Shown here one piece after another: positions 8,041 to 20,200 of a stretch of DNA of 64,000 nt (position 1 is the first letter of the stretch; every line of letters begins with the position of its first letter). The notes under the pieces are model-generated. The model was not told where the DNA came from and searched no databases. It worked only from the letters and a program-made list of their open reading frames with translations. The stretch lies in the sequence record MK373786.1, one strand, 5' to 3'. A program made the position numbers and the translations under genes. This stretch comes from Escherichia phage vB_EcoM_R5505.

Positions 8041-8274
8041 TTATTTTTTACGAAAAATTGATTTATATTTATCAGCCCATTTCTCGATGACTTTTTCTGG
8101 TCCATAGATAACAAAATAATCACCAAACTCTTCACCACCGAGTTGACCGAAATTATCTAATGCATCACGAAGAACTCCATGAGGCATTTCGCCCATTTTA
8201 TCTTTCTTACCAATGTAAATAAACTCAACTTTTACATCAGCAGCTTCAGCAATAAATTCTTGATACGTTTTCAT
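8041..8274 (-). CDS. internal-protein-like small protein with canonical capsid targeting sequence
   Basis: ORF track start 8292 is GTG; ATG at 8274 with SD GGAGAATAAAATG gives 77 aa beginning MKTYQEFIAEA (matches T4 IPIII/IPII targeting motif, I-x-E cleavage site). Confidence 0.75.
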   Translation of the reverse strand: MKTYQEFIAEAADVKVEFIYIGKKDKMGEMPHGVLRDALDNFGQLGGEEFGDYFVIYGPEKVIEKWADKYKSIFRKK

Positions 8275-8300
8275 TTTATTCTCCAATTTCACATTTGTTT

Positions 8301-8354
8301 TGATAGGGTAATAGTATCACTACTAAAACCCCGTGTAAACAACTTTGTGAAATT
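8301..8354 (-). promoter_or_regulatory. early promoter cassette upstream of the internal-protein-like gene
   Basis: Minus strand: AATTTCACAAAGTTGTTTAC-N18-TACTAT; 20-mer GTAAACAACTTTGTGAAATT repeated at 8702-8721. Confidence 0.5.
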
Positions 8355-8359
8355 GTTTA

Positions 8360-8647
8360 TTACAAAAGATTTTTAGCAATAATCTTGAGATGTGCTGCAG
8401 AAATGTGTTTAGCTTTAAACAACGCAGTTTCTTCGGCAGGAGAGATAACGATTGTAGCACCATCCTTTTTAGCAGACCACCCATCACCTAGGTAAACAGT
8501 ACCTTTGATTTCTTCGCCATCAACCAGACTAATCATTGGTTTACCTTCTCGTCCTTTATTTGCTTTAATAACTTCAGAAGTAAGAGTAGCTTCGGTAATG
8601 GTAGAAACCGGGGTAGTTGTAGAAGTAAATTCTTTAAATGTTTTCAT
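8360..8647 (-). CDS. ipI: internal protein I (IPI), injected anti-restriction protein
   Basis: 95-aa ORF MKTFKEFTSTTTPVSTITEATLTSEVIKANKGREGKPMISLVDGEEIKG... recognised as T4 IPI; adjacent to 57B as in T4. Confidence 0.9.
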   Translation of the reverse strand: MKTFKEFTSTTTPVSTITEATLTSEVIKANKGREGKPMISLVDGEEIKGTVYLGDGWSAKKDGATIVISPAEETALFKAKHISAAHLKIIAKNLL

Positions 8648-8668
8648 TTTATTTTCCTAATTAATTTT

Positions 8669-8719
8669 GATGAGATAATAGTATCACTACCTCATCAGTA
8701 TGTAAACAACTTTGTGAAA

Positions 8720-8721
<2 letters not shown>
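8669..8721 (-). promoter_or_regulatory. early promoter for ipI
   Basis: Minus strand: ATTTCACAAAGTTGTTTACA-N17-TACTAT ~25 nt upstream of ipI ATG; partial inverted repeat TGATGAG/CTCATCA around the -10. Confidence 0.5.
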
Positions 8722-9416
<695 letters not shown>

Positions 9417-9417
<1 letters not shown>

Positions 9418-10142
9418 TATAGTACCTTTAGTGTATTTTTAATTTTAGAAAAAAGTTCTTCAAGAGAACCATCGTTTGTAATTACTAAATCGCCATCACG
9501 AATTGGCAATCCAGCTTCTGTAATATGTGTATCATTGGATTTTTGACCAGGACGAACTACATGAATTACTGTAGCACCCATCGCCCTAGCCGCATCCATT
9601 TCATGATCTTGACGGGTATCAGGAACGATATAATAATCATAACCTGAGTTAAATTTATCAAGATAATCTAAAGCAAATAATTTTACCCAGTACATGCGGT
9701 CGAAGTTATTAACAATCAAATCCGTACCTAGGGCTTGCATCAGACGACGGACTGACCATTGATCTTCAATATTATTTATAACGTCAGTAATTTTGTTAAA
9801 TGCTACGAAATTAACTGATTCTTTTCCTTCGTCATCAAAAACAAACACACCTTTAATTGGGCTTTTACCATTAAGATAGCAAAATGCTTGTTCCATAATC
9901 GTGATTACTTCTAATTTAGTCAGATTTAAATTAGTCTCACGATCATAGTCAATTCCTTCAAACTCTTTACGAGTTAAGCAAGGATAGTCAGTGTTTGCTG
10001 CAAATACTCCCCATGCATAAGCCAATGCATCCTTAATAGGACCAGCAAGTTGGTATTTAACTGCAGAATAATTGCTCATGATAAAATCAGCAGTAGTATC
10101 TTTTCCACTACGCTTTACACCGCTTAAAAAGATTAGTTTCAT
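9417..10142 (-). CDS. 1: deoxynucleoside monophosphate kinase gp1
   Basis: ORF track extends to 10181; ATG at 10142 gives 241 aa MKLIFLSGVKRSGKDTTADF... with P-loop; matches T4 gp1. Confidence 0.9.
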
Positions 10143-10191
10143 GTGTTTCTCCTCAAATTTAATTAAGATTATAACACACAAAACTGAAGCA

Positions 10192-10722
10192 TTAAACTTC
10201 TGCTATAATTTTACCATCTTTTTCTACTTGAAAATAGGTGTAAGGAATCGTAGCTGTACATACTAAAGCCGGGTCTGAATCTTCTGTGTAGCTAAATTCT
10301 ACTTCAGATAGGTCAGAAACCCAAGGCTTATAAAAATTTATTGACATCACGATTTCAGTTTTGCTATTATCTAAGATGTAAAGCGTAATGTACTCAGGAC
10401 CTGTTTTTTGGGCAGTATTTTCACCTGTAAGATAGTTACTAGTTCCTAGCATCCATTCATACATTCCTATCCACGACTTAAGTTCTTCATCAACTATAAA
10501 TCTCACAATGAGTGGATCGTATTCAAATGTAACACCTGGTCGTTGTGCTCGGCCAAGTCCAAACGGCCCAGTCACGGTATCAGTAACAGGTATTCTAATT
10601 CCTGGAATAGGAACTGACTGAGCATTTAAAGTAAAAGCAGATGTAGTATTACTATGTGGTATTGATACTACAAAGTTAGTTGTATTTGCTTGGTTAAAAA
10701 TTTGTTGCAGAGCTTGCGACAT
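10192..10722 (-). CDS. 3: tail completion / sheath stabiliser gp3
   Basis: ORF track extends upstream; ATG at 10722 with SD GAGGAATATATG gives 176 aa MSQALQQIFNQANTT...; T4 order 1-3-2-4. Confidence 0.85.
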   Translation of the reverse strand: MSQALQQIFNQANTTNFVVSIPHSNTTSAFTLNAQSVPIPGIRIPVTDTVTGPFGLGRAQRPGVTFEYDPLIVRFIVDEELKSWIGMYEWMLGTSNYLTGENTAQKTGPEYITLYILDNSKTEIVMSINFYKPWVSDLSEVEFSYTEDSDPALVCTATIPYTYFQVEKDGKIIAEV

Positions 10723-10828
10723 ATATTCCTCATAATGCTTTATAACTGTTGGTGGTATAATGGGTCTAAGTCCCTTCCATTCAATTCCATTTAGAACAAA
10801 CAACAGAAAAGAATGGAAGATAATAGAA

Positions 10829-11653
10829 TTAGATATTTGACCAGACTTTGTTTGCAGAGAAACGTTTTCCTTTTGAAACGAACTGCTGAAGTGGCATCAA
10901 CACAACGTTCGCCCAGTCTTTCGGGGCGATTTCAACAAGGCTACCCATAATATTACCGGGTATATATGCCTTAATCATTTGGTCTGCACCCCTAAATCCT
11001 TTCACTTGACTCCAATCAATTTTTAATTTCGTTTTATTAGTAATAGTAGGTGTATTTGAATATTGCTTTAAAAGCTCTTCTAGAAATTGCTGACGAGCTT
11101 TAGGTGGAATATAGTGCAAGTTCAATCCGTACATTAAATTATGCTTACCTAAACCAAGGTAAATTATCAAAGGAAATTTATCCCAGTAAGGAAGAGTTTC
11201 CTTGTGTTTAGCATCATAAGCAAAAGCATATATTCGTCCCGGCTGCGGGCGAACAACTTTATGTCCTTTTACTTGCTTAATAGTTTCAGCAAACCACTTT
11301 CTGGTTTTATTATTAATTGCTGCACCTTCATTACGAATTTTATCGCGCAATGTTTGTCTGAATGAATTTATCATAAGCAGTTGTCTTTCTTGCTTATTGA
11401 GCTTATTCATTGGTTTTGATTCAAGCTTTTGAATCTTTTCAGCTGTTTTAATTCCTGAAGCATATTTTGACATTGCCGAAGTAAACGTAGAGTATTTGAT
11501 TCCTCTTTCTTCAGCAAATTGCTTTCCTGTCATTCCTTTTGCTTTGGCCTTTTTGTATTCAAGACCTATTTGAATCCATTTCTTTTCGTTTAATGATTGC
11601 TTAACCTTTGGAACTTGGGGAGTGCTTTCATTAATTATTTGAAAAATAGCCAT
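10829..11653 (-). CDS. 2: DNA end protector protein gp2
   Basis: 274-aa ORF, ATG start; basic; length and position as T4 gp2. Confidence 0.85.
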   Translation of the reverse strand: MAIFQIINESTPQVPKVKQSLNEKKWIQIGLEYKKAKAKGMTGKQFAEERGIKYSTFTSAMSKYASGIKTAEKIQKLESKPMNKLNKQERQLLMINSFRQTLRDKIRNEGAAINNKTRKWFAETIKQVKGHKVVRPQPGRIYAFAYDAKHKETLPYWDKFPLIIYLGLGKHNLMYGLNLHYIPPKARQQFLEELLKQYSNTPTITNKTKLKIDWSQVKGFRGADQMIKAYIPGNIMGSLVEIAPKDWANVVLMPLQQFVSKGKRFSANKVWSNI

Positions 11654-12105
11654 TATGCCCCCTTAAAGCCAAGAGCTCGTAATCCATCTTCTGTTAGAAT
11701 TCTAAATTTTATTCCACGCTTTTCAGCTAAAGCTTGCGCTGCTTTCCATTTGTCGGTATTAACAGAATATGTATAAATTTCATTCATAAATCTTTTCTTC
11801 GCTGCGGTTGTTAGATGTGCTGGTTTAACCGGTGGTTGTGTTTCTTTTTTAGGTTTTATTTCAATAAAAAATTCTTGCCCAGAAGAATCTTTCATCCAAA
11901 TATCCATGAAGTATCTACGTTTTTTCCCTTCTGCATTACAAAAATAAGGAATTACTGCTGTTTCACTACCCCATGCAATAATTTCTGGATTTTTATCTAA
12001 CCATTCAAAAAAGAATTTTTCCCAATTTGATCTATACGTAATTTTTTTAGGGTCACCTCTATACTTTGATATATTTTTAGGAACCCATTTTCCAGAATAT
12101 GCCAT
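11653..12105 (-). CDS. 4: head completion protein gp4
   Basis: 150-aa ORF, ATG start with SD GGAG; overlaps gene 2 by 1 nt; position as T4 gp4. Confidence 0.85.
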   Translation of the reverse strand: MAYSGKWVPKNISKYRGDPKKITYRSNWEKFFFEWLDKNPEIIAWGSETAVIPYFCNAEGKKRRYFMDIWMKDSSGQEFFIEIKPKKETQPPVKPAHLTTAAKKRFMNEIYTYSVNTDKWKAAQALAEKRGIKFRILTEDGLRALGFKGA

Positions 12106-12116
12106 TGGATTCTCCT

Positions 12117-12139
12117 TATAAATAGATAATATATTTATA
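12117..12139. promoter_or_regulatory. divergent late promoters (TATAAATA on each strand) between genes 4 and 53
   Basis: Plus-strand TATAAATA at 12117-12124 upstream of gene 53; minus-strand TATAAATA (rc of 12132-12139) upstream of gene 4. Confidence 0.6.
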
Positions 12140-12152
12140 AACAGGAGGGCCC

Positions 12153-12743
12153 ATGCTCTTTACATTTTTTGATCCGATTGAATATGCGGCCAAAACGGTG
12201 AATAAAAACGCGCCGACTATTCCTATGACAGATATTTTTAGAAACTATAAAGACTATTTTAAACGCGCTCTTGCGGGATACCGCTTACGTACTTATTATA
12301 TTAAAGGTTCACCACGCCCGGAAGAATTAGCAAATACTATATATGGAAATCCACAGTTGTATTGGGTTTTATTGATGTGTAATGATAATTATGATCCGTA
12401 TTATGGATGGATTACTTCACAAGAAGCTGCTTATCAAGCATCTATACAAAAATACAAAAATGTGGGTGGAGACCAGATAGTATATCATGTGAATGAGAAC
12501 GGTGAAAAATTTTATAATTTAATATCATACGATGATAATCCATATGTTTGGTATGACAAAGGTGATAAAGCTAGAAAATATCCTCAATATGAAGGAGCAC
12601 TTGCTGCGGTCGATACGTATGAAGCTGCTGTTCTTGAAAATGAAAAACTTCGTCAAATAAAAATAATAGCAAAATCCGACATTAATTCATTTATGAACGA
12701 CCTTATACGTATAATGGAGAAATCTTATGGAAATGATAAGTAA
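12153..12743 (+). CDS. 53: baseplate wedge protein gp53
   Basis: 196-aa ORF; synteny and length as T4 gp53. Confidence 0.85.
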   Translation: MLFTFFDPIEYAAKTVNKNAPTIPMTDIFRNYKDYFKRALAGYRLRTYYIKGSPRPEELANTIYGNPQLYWVLLMCNDNYDPYYGWITSQEAAYQASIQKYKNVGGDQIVYHVNENGEKFYNLISYDDNPYVWYDKGDKARKYPQYEGALAAVDTYEAAVLENEKLRQIKIIAKSDINSFMNDLIRIMEKSYGNDK

Positions 12744-14454
12744 TAACCTTAATTGGTTTGTTGGTGTTGTTGAAGATAGAATGGACCCATTAAAATTAGG
12801 TCGTGTTCGTGTTCGTGTGGTTGGTTTGCATCCACCCCAAAGAGCACAAGGTGATGTAATGGGTATTCCAACTGAAAAATTACCATGGATGTCAGTTATT
12901 CAACCTATAACTTCTGCAGCGATGTCAGGAATTGGAGGTTCTGTTACAGGGCCAGTAGAAGGAACTAGAGTTTATGGTCATTTTTTAGACAAATGGAAAA
13001 CTAACGGAATTGTCCTTGGCACATATGGTGGAATAGTTCGCGAAAAACCGAATAGACTTGAAGGATTTTCTGACCCAACTGGGCAGTATCCTAGACGTTT
13101 AGGAAATGATACGAACGTATTAAACCAAGGCGGAGAAGTAGGATATGATTCGTCTTCTAATATTATCCAAGATAGTAATCTAGACACTGCGATAAATCCC
13201 GATGATAGACCACTATCAGAGATTCCAACCGATGATAATCCAAATATGTCAATGGCTGAAATGCTTCGCCGTGATGAAGGATTAAGATTAAAAGTTTATT
13301 GGGATACCGAAGGATATCCGACAATTGGTATTGGTCATCTTATCATGAAGCAGCCAGTTCGTGATATGGCTCAAATTAATAAAGTTTTATCAAAACAAGT
13401 TGGTCGTGAAATTACAGGAAATCCAGGTTCTATTACAATGGAAGAGGCGACGACTTTATTTGAGCGTGATTTGGCTGATATGCAACGTGACATTAAATCG
13501 CATTCTAAAGTAGGACCAGTCTGGCAAGCTGTTAACCGTTCTCGTCAAATGGCATTAGAAAATATGGCATTTCAGATGGGTGTTGGTGGTGTAGCTAAAT
13601 TTAACACAATGTTAACTGCTATGTTAGCCGGAGATTGGGAAAAAGCATATAAAGCTGGTCGTGATTCATTGTGGTATCAACAAACAAAAGGCCGTGCATC
13701 CCGTGTTACCATGATTATTCTTACGGGAAATTTGGAATCATATGGTGTTGAAGTGAAAACCCCAGCTAGGTCTCTATCAGCAATGGCTGCTACTGTAGCT
13801 AAATCTTCTGACCCTGCTGATCCTCCTATTCCAAATGACTCGAGAATTTTATTCAAAGAACCAGTTTCTTCATATAAAGGTGAGTATCCTTATGTGCATA
13901 CAATGGAAACTGAAAGCGGACATATTCAGGAATTTGATGATACCCCTGGGCAAGAACGATACAGATTAGTTCATCCAACTGGAACTTATGAAGAAGTATC
14001 ACCGTCAGGAAGAAGAACAAGAAAAACTGTTGATAATTTGTATGATATAACCAACGCTGATGGTAATTTTTTGGTAGCCGGTGATAAAAAGACTAACGTC
14101 GGTGGTTCAGAAATTTATTATAACATGGATAATCGTCTTCACCAAATAGATGGAAGCAATACAATATTTGTACGTGGCGATGAAACTAAGACGGTTGAAG
14201 GTAATGGAACTATCCTAGTCAAAGGTAATGTTACTATTGTAGTTGAAGGCAATGCTGACATTACAGTTAAAGGAGATGCTACCACTTTAGTTGAAGGTAA
14301 TCAAACTAATACAGTAAATGGAAATCTTTCTTGGAAAGTTGCTGGGACAGTTGATTGGGACGTTGGCGGTGATTGGACAGAAAAAATGGCATCTATGAGT
14401 TCTATTTCATCTGGTCAATACACAATTGATGGATCGAGGATTGACATTGGCTAA
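12727..14454 (+). CDS. 5: baseplate central spike with lysozyme domain gp5
   Basis: 575-aa ORF; lysozyme domain ...EGYPTIGIGHLIMKQ... similar to gene e product; C-terminal beta-helix repeats VEGNGTILVKGNVTIVVEGNADITVKGDATTLVEGN. Confidence 0.95.
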   Translation: MEMISNNLNWFVGVVEDRMDPLKLGRVRVRVVGLHPPQRAQGDVMGIPTEKLPWMSVIQPITSAAMSGIGGSVTGPVEGTRVYGHFLDKWKTNGIVLGTYGGIVREKPNRLEGFSDPTGQYPRRLGNDTNVLNQGGEVGYDSSSNIIQDSNLDTAINPDDRPLSEIPTDDNPNMSMAEMLRRDEGLRLKVYWDTEGYPTIGIGHLIMKQPVRDMAQINKVLSKQVGREITGNPGSITMEEATTLFERDLADMQRDIKSHSKVGPVWQAVNRSRQMALENMAFQMGVGGVAKFNTMLTAMLAGDWEKAYKAGRDSLWYQQTKGRASRVTMIILTGNLESYGVEVKTPARSLSAMAATVAKSSDPADPPIPNDSRILFKEPVSSYKGEYPYVHTMETESGHIQEFDDTPGQERYRLVHPTGTYEEVSPSGRRTRKTVDNLYDITNADGNFLVAGDKKTNVGGSEIYYNMDNRLHQIDGSNTIFVRGDETKTVEGNGTILVKGNVTIVVEGNADITVKGDATTLVEGNQTNTVNGNLSWKVAGTVDWDVGGDWTEKMASMSSISSGQYTIDGSRIDIG

Positions 14455-14488
14455 TATACTTCCAATGAGCGCTGATTTAGGAGAATCC

Positions 14489-14983
14489 ATGGAAGGTTCT
14501 TCTATCGACGTCACCTTTACCGCTCAATTAGAAACAGGTGAAACGTTAGTATCTATAAATATAACTAGTTACGAAGAAACTCCTGGAGTTTTAGTAGAAG
14601 AAAATCGCTTATATGGAACATATGAATCTGTATTTGGTTTCGGAAATGACGCGTTGAAATATCGTTTAGGCGATGAATTTAAAACTGCTGCTTCATGGGA
14701 AGAACTTCCTACTGATTCTGATACTCAGTTGTATTTGTGGAAAGCTCCTCAAAATCTCCAGAAGACATTCACTTACGAAGTAACATTAATATATGACTAC
14801 CAAGAACAAAGTGAATCTGGAGGTTCTGGCAGTAATTCTAGGTCATCTTCTGATACTACTGAACCGGCAGATCCTCCTGCTCCAGTAAGAAAAACTCTCG
14901 TTAAAAATTATACTAAAACTATAGTTGGAAATTGGAGTCGTTGGGCTAATAAACTGAGAAGCTATGTGTATGAGAGGCCATAA
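14489..14983 (+). CDS. 5.1: hypothetical protein gp5.1
   Basis: ORF track start 14426 is TTG; ATG at 14489 has strong SD AGGAGA ([10 protein letters not shown]...), 164 aa; start choice uncertain. Confidence 0.65.
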
Positions 14984-15277
14984 ATGTCAGGATTAAGTTA
15001 TGATAAGTGTGTTACTGCTGGCCATGAAGCGTGGCCTCCAACAGTTGTGAATGCTACACAAAGTAAAGTATTCACTGGAGGAATTGCTGTTCTCGTAGCA
15101 GGCGATCCAATTACAGAACATACAGAAATTAAAAAGCCATATGAAACACATGGCGGAGTGACACAACCCAGAACTTCTAAAGTATATGTCACTGGAAAGA
15201 AAGCTGTTCAAATGGCTGATCCAATATCATGCGGTGATACTGTGGCTCAGGCATCATCTAAAGTATTCATTAAATAG
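14984..15277 (+). CDS. 5.4: PAAR-type spike tip protein gp5.4
   Basis: 97-aa [24 protein letters not shown]... matches T4 gp5.4; directly abuts 5.1. Confidence 0.85.
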
Positions 15278-15285
15278 GATTTAAA

Positions 15286-17268
15286 ATGGCAAATACCCCT
15301 GTAAATTATCAATTAACAAGAACAGCAAATGCTATTCCCGAGATATTCGTCGGGGGTACGTTTGCTGAAATAAAACAAAACCTCATTGAATGGCTTAATG
15401 GTCAAAATGAATTTTTGGATTATGATTTTGAAGGCTCAAGATTAAACGTTCTGTGTGACCTTTTAGCTTATAATACATTATACATTCAACAGTTTGGTAA
15501 TGCTGCTGTGTATGAAAGCTTTATGCGTACTGCTAACTTACGAAGTTCAGTTGTTCAAGCTGCACAAGATAACGGATATTTACCTACTTCAAAATCCGCT
15601 GCGCAGACCGAAATTATGTTAACATGCACCGACGCATTGAATAGGAATTACATTACTATTCCTCGCGGAACTCGCTTTTTAGCATATGCAAAAGATACTT
15701 CTGTTAATCCATACAACTTCGTTTCTACCGAAGACGTTATTGCTATTCGTGATAAAAATAACCAATATTTTCCGCGTTTAAAATTGGCCCAGGGACGTAT
15801 AGTAAGAACTGAAATCATTTATGATAAATTAACACCTATTATCATTTATGATAAAAATATTGATAGAAACCAGGTTAAATTATATGTTGATGGAGCGGAA
15901 TGGATTAACTGGACGAGAAAGTCAATGGTTCATGCTGGTTCAACATCAACGATTTATTATATGCGTGAAACTATTGATGGAAACACTGAATTCTATTTTG
16001 GTGAAGGTGAAATTTCTGTTAATGCTTCTGAAGGAGCTTTGACCGCTAATTATATCGGAGGTCTTAAACCTACTCAGAACTCTACGATTGTTATTGAGTA
16101 CATTAGTACTAATGGTGCTGACGCGAACGGAGCAGTCGGATTTTCATACGCAGATACATTAACAAATATAACTGTCATCAATATTAATGAAAATCCAAAC
16201 GATGACCCAGATTTTGTTGGGGCAGATGGCGGCGGTGATCCAGAAGATATTGAGCGTATTCGCGAATTGGGTACTATTAAACGCGAAACCCAACAACGAT
16301 GCGTAACTGCGACTGACTATGATACATTCGTTTCAGAGAGATTTGGTTCTATTATTCAAGCAGTTCAAACTTTCACTGATTCTACTAAACCTGGGTATGC
16401 ATTTATTGCTGCTAAACCTAAATCAGGTCTGTATCTAACTACTGTACAACGTGAAGATATTAAAAATTATCTCAAAGACTATAATTTAGCTCCTATTACG
16501 CCATCAATTATTTCTCCTAATTATCTTTTTATTAAGACTAATTTAAAAGTCACATATGCTTTAAATAAACTGCAAGAATCCGAGCAGTGGCTTGAAGGTC
16601 AAATAATTGATAAAATTGATCGCTATTATACCGAAGATGTAGAAATTTTTAACTCGTCTTTTGCCAAGTCTAAGATGTTGACATATGTAGATGATGCAGA
16701 TCATTCTGTCATTGGTTCATCAGCGACTATTCAAATGGTTCGTGAAGTACAAAACTTCTATAAAACGCCTGAAGCGGGTATTAAATACAATAATCAAATA
16801 AAAGATCGTTCTATGGAATCTAATACGTTTTCATTTAATTCTGGACGAAAGGTTGTAAATCCTGATACTGGTTTAGAAGAAGATGTATTATATGACGTTC
16901 GTATAGTATCAACAGACCGAGATTCTAAAGGAATTGGTAAAGTTATTATTGGTCCATTTGCTTCTGGCGATGTTACAGAAAATGAAAACATTCAGCCGTA
17001 TACAGGCAACGATTTTAACAAATTAGCAAATTCTGATGGACGCGACAAATATTATGTTATCGGTGAAATAAATTATCCAGCTGACATGATTTATTGGAAT
17101 ATCGCTAAAATTAATTTAACATCTGAAAAATTTGAAGTTCAGACTATTGAATTATATTCTGACCCAACCGATGATGTTATCTTTACTCGCGATGGTTCAC
17201 TGATTGTATTTGAAAATGACTTACGTCCACAATACTTAACTATCGATTTGGAGCCTATATCACAATGA
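15286..17268 (+). CDS. 6: baseplate wedge protein gp6
   Basis: 660-aa ORF; size and synteny as T4 gp6. Confidence 0.9.
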   Translation: MANTPVNYQLTRTANAIPEIFVGGTFAEIKQNLIEWLNGQNEFLDYDFEGSRLNVLCDLLAYNTLYIQQFGNAAVYESFMRTANLRSSVVQAAQDNGYLPTSKSAAQTEIMLTCTDALNRNYITIPRGTRFLAYAKDTSVNPYNFVSTEDVIAIRDKNNQYFPRLKLAQGRIVRTEIIYDKLTPIIIYDKNIDRNQVKLYVDGAEWINWTRKSMVHAGSTSTIYYMRETIDGNTEFYFGEGEISVNASEGALTANYIGGLKPTQNSTIVIEYISTNGADANGAVGFSYADTLTNITVININENPNDDPDFVGADGGGDPEDIERIRELGTIKRETQQRCVTATDYDTFVSERFGSIIQAVQTFTDSTKPGYAFIAAKPKSGLYLTTVQREDIKNYLKDYNLAPITPSIISPNYLFIKTNLKVTYALNKLQESEQWLEGQIIDKIDRYYTEDVEIFNSSFAKSKMLTYVDDADHSVIGSSATIQMVREVQNFYKTPEAGIKYNNQIKDRSMESNTFSFNSGRKVVNPDTGLEEDVLYDVRIVSTDRDSKGIGKVIIGPFASGDVTENENIQPYTGNDFNKLANSDGRDKYYVIGEINYPADMIYWNIAKINLTSEKFEVQTIELYSDPTDDVIFTRDGSLIVFENDLRPQYLTIDLEPISQ

Positions 17269-20200
17269 CAGTAAAAGCACCTTCAGTCACTAGTCTCAGA
17301 ATTTCCAAGTTATCCGCAAATCAGGTGCAAGTACGCTGGGATGACGTTGGTGCTAATTTCTACTATTTTGTAGAAATCGCTGAGACAAAAACAGACTCGG
17401 GGGAAAAACTCCCGAGTAATCAATATCGTTGGATTAATTTAGGATATACTGCAAATAACAGCTTCTTTTTTGATGATGCTGATCCATTAACAACATACAT
17501 TATTAGAGTAGCCACAGCTGCGCAAGATTTTGAGCAGTCTGATTGGATTTATACCGAAGAGTTTGAAACTTTTGCTACAAATGCTTATACATTTCAAAAC
17601 ATGATTGAAATGCAATTAGCCAATAAATTCATTCAGGAAAAATTTACTCTTAATAATTCTGATTATGTTAATTTTAATAATGACACTATAATGGCTGCAT
17701 TGATGAATGAATCGTTTCAATTCAGCCCATCATATGTTGATGTTTCATCAATAAGTAATTTTATTATTGGTGAAAATGAGTATCATGAAATACAAGGTTC
17801 TATTCAGCAAGTATGTAAGGATATTAACCGCGTTTATTTGATGGAATCAGAAGGGATTCTATATCTTTTTGAGCGTTATCAACCTATAGTTAAAGTATCT
17901 AATGATAAAGGACAAACCTGGAAAGCTGTGAAGCTCTTCAATGACCGTGTAGGATATCCTTTATCTAAGACAGTATATTACCAATCTGCGAACACAACAT
18001 ACGTTCTAGGATACGACAAGATTTTCTACGGCCGTAAATCAACTGATGTTAGATGGTCAGCTGATGATGTCAGATTTAGTTCGCAAGATATAACATTTGC
18101 TAAACTTGGTGACCAATTACATCTAGGATTTGATGTAGAAATTTTTGCCACTTACGCGACTTTACCAGCGAATGTATACCGCATTGCAGAAGCTATTACT
18201 TGTACAGATGATTACATTTACGTTGTTGCCAGAGACAAAGTTAGATACATAAAAACGAGTAATGCACCTATAGATTCTGATCCATTATCTCCAACATATT
18301 CGGAAAGACTTTTTGAACCCGATACAATGACTATAACTGGAAATCCTAAAGCAGTATGCTATAAAATGGATTCTATCGGTGATAAAGTTTTTGCGCTTAT
18401 TATTGGTGAAGTTGAAACATTAAATGCTAATCCTAGAACATCAAAAATAATTGATTCCGCTGATAAAGGAATATATGTTTTAAATCATGACGAAAAGACA
18501 TGGAAAAGAGTTTTCGGTAATACCGAAGAAGAAAGAAGACGTATTCAACCCGGATATGCGAATATGTCAACTGATGGTAAATTAGTTTCTCTGTCTTCGA
18601 GTAATTTTAAATTTTTAAGTGATAATGTTGTTAATGACCCTGAAACTGTGGTGAAATATCAGTTAATCGGTGCTGTTAAATATGAATTTCCTCGTGAATG
18701 GTTAACTGATAAGCATTATCATATGATGGCATTTATAGCGGATGAAACATCTGATTGGGAGACTTTTACTCCTCAACCAATGAAATACTACGCAGAACCA
18801 TTCTTTAACTGGTCTAAAAAATCTAACACACGCTGTTGGATAAACAACTCTGATAGAGCTGTAGTAGTAGTTTATGCTGATTTAAAATACACTAAAGTTA
18901 TAGAAAATATTCCGGAAACATCACCAGATAGATTAGTTCATGAATACTGGGATGATGGTGATTGCACTATAGTAATGCCAAATGTCAAATTCACTGGATT
19001 TAAAAAATACGCATCAGGAATGCTTTTCTACAAAGCCTCCGGTGAAATAATTTCTTACTATGATTTTAACTATCGTGTGAGAGATACAGTAGAAATTATT
19101 TGGAAGCCAACTGAAGTATTTTTAAAAGCATTTTTACAAAACCAAGAGCATGAGACTCCTTGGTCACCAGAAGAAGAGCGTGGATTAGCTGACCCTGATT
19201 TAAGACCATTAATTGGCACAATGATGCCTGATTCTTATTTGTTACAGGATTCGAATTTTGAAGCATTTTGCGAAGCATATATTCAATATCTTTCTGATGG
19301 ATATGGAACTCAGTATAACAATTTACGAAATTTAATTCGTAACCAATATCCACGAGAAGAGCATGCATGGGAATATTTGTGGTCAGAGATATATAAAAGA
19401 AACATTTATTTAAATGCTGACAAACGCGATGCTGTTGCGAGATTCTTTGAATCACGTAGCTATGATTTTTATTCTACTAAAGGAATTGAAGCATCATACA
19501 AGTTTCTTTTTAAAGTTCTTTATAATGAAGAAGTTGAAATTGAAATTGAATCTGGGGCTGGTACTGAATATGACATAATCGTTCAATCTGATTCTTTGAC
19601 TGAAGATTTAGTAGGACAAACGATTTATACGGCAACAGGAAGATGTAATGTTACTTATATAGAAAGAAGCTATTCTAATGGTAAATTGCAATGGACAGTA
19701 ACTATTCATAATCTTTTGGGAAGATTAATTGCTGGTCAAGAAGTTAAAGCAGAAAGACTCCCTAGTTTTGAAGGCGAAATTATTCGTGGGGTTAAAGGAA
19801 AGGATTTGCTTCAAAATAATATAGACTATATTAATAGAAGTAGATCATACTATGTAATGAAAATTAAATCCAATTTACCTTCTTCCCGCTGGAAATCTGA
19901 TGTTATTCGTTTTGTTCATCCAGTAGGATTTGGATTTATAGCAATTACACTTTTAACAATGTTTATTAATGTTGGTTTAACTCTTAAACATACAGAGACT
20001 ATAATTAATAAATACAAAAACTATAAATGGGATTCTGGATTGCCTACTGAATATGCTGATAGAGTAGCTAAATTAACTCCAGCTGGTGAAATTGAGCATG
20101 ATTCAGTAACAGGCGAAGCAATTTATGAGCCTGGCCCAATGGCTGGTGTAGAATATCCTCTTCCTGATGACTATAATGCTGAAAATAATAATTCAATATT

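Noticed and set aside
12978-13187. Antisense ORFs inside large late genes (e.g. 12978-13187, 19096-19455, 20712-21047, 23706-23999, 25093-25356, 39194-39538, 40047-40445, 45652-46213)
   Set aside because: All lie fully inside well-supported genes on the opposite strand, lack SD sequences, and several start with non-ATG codons; treated as chance ORFs.
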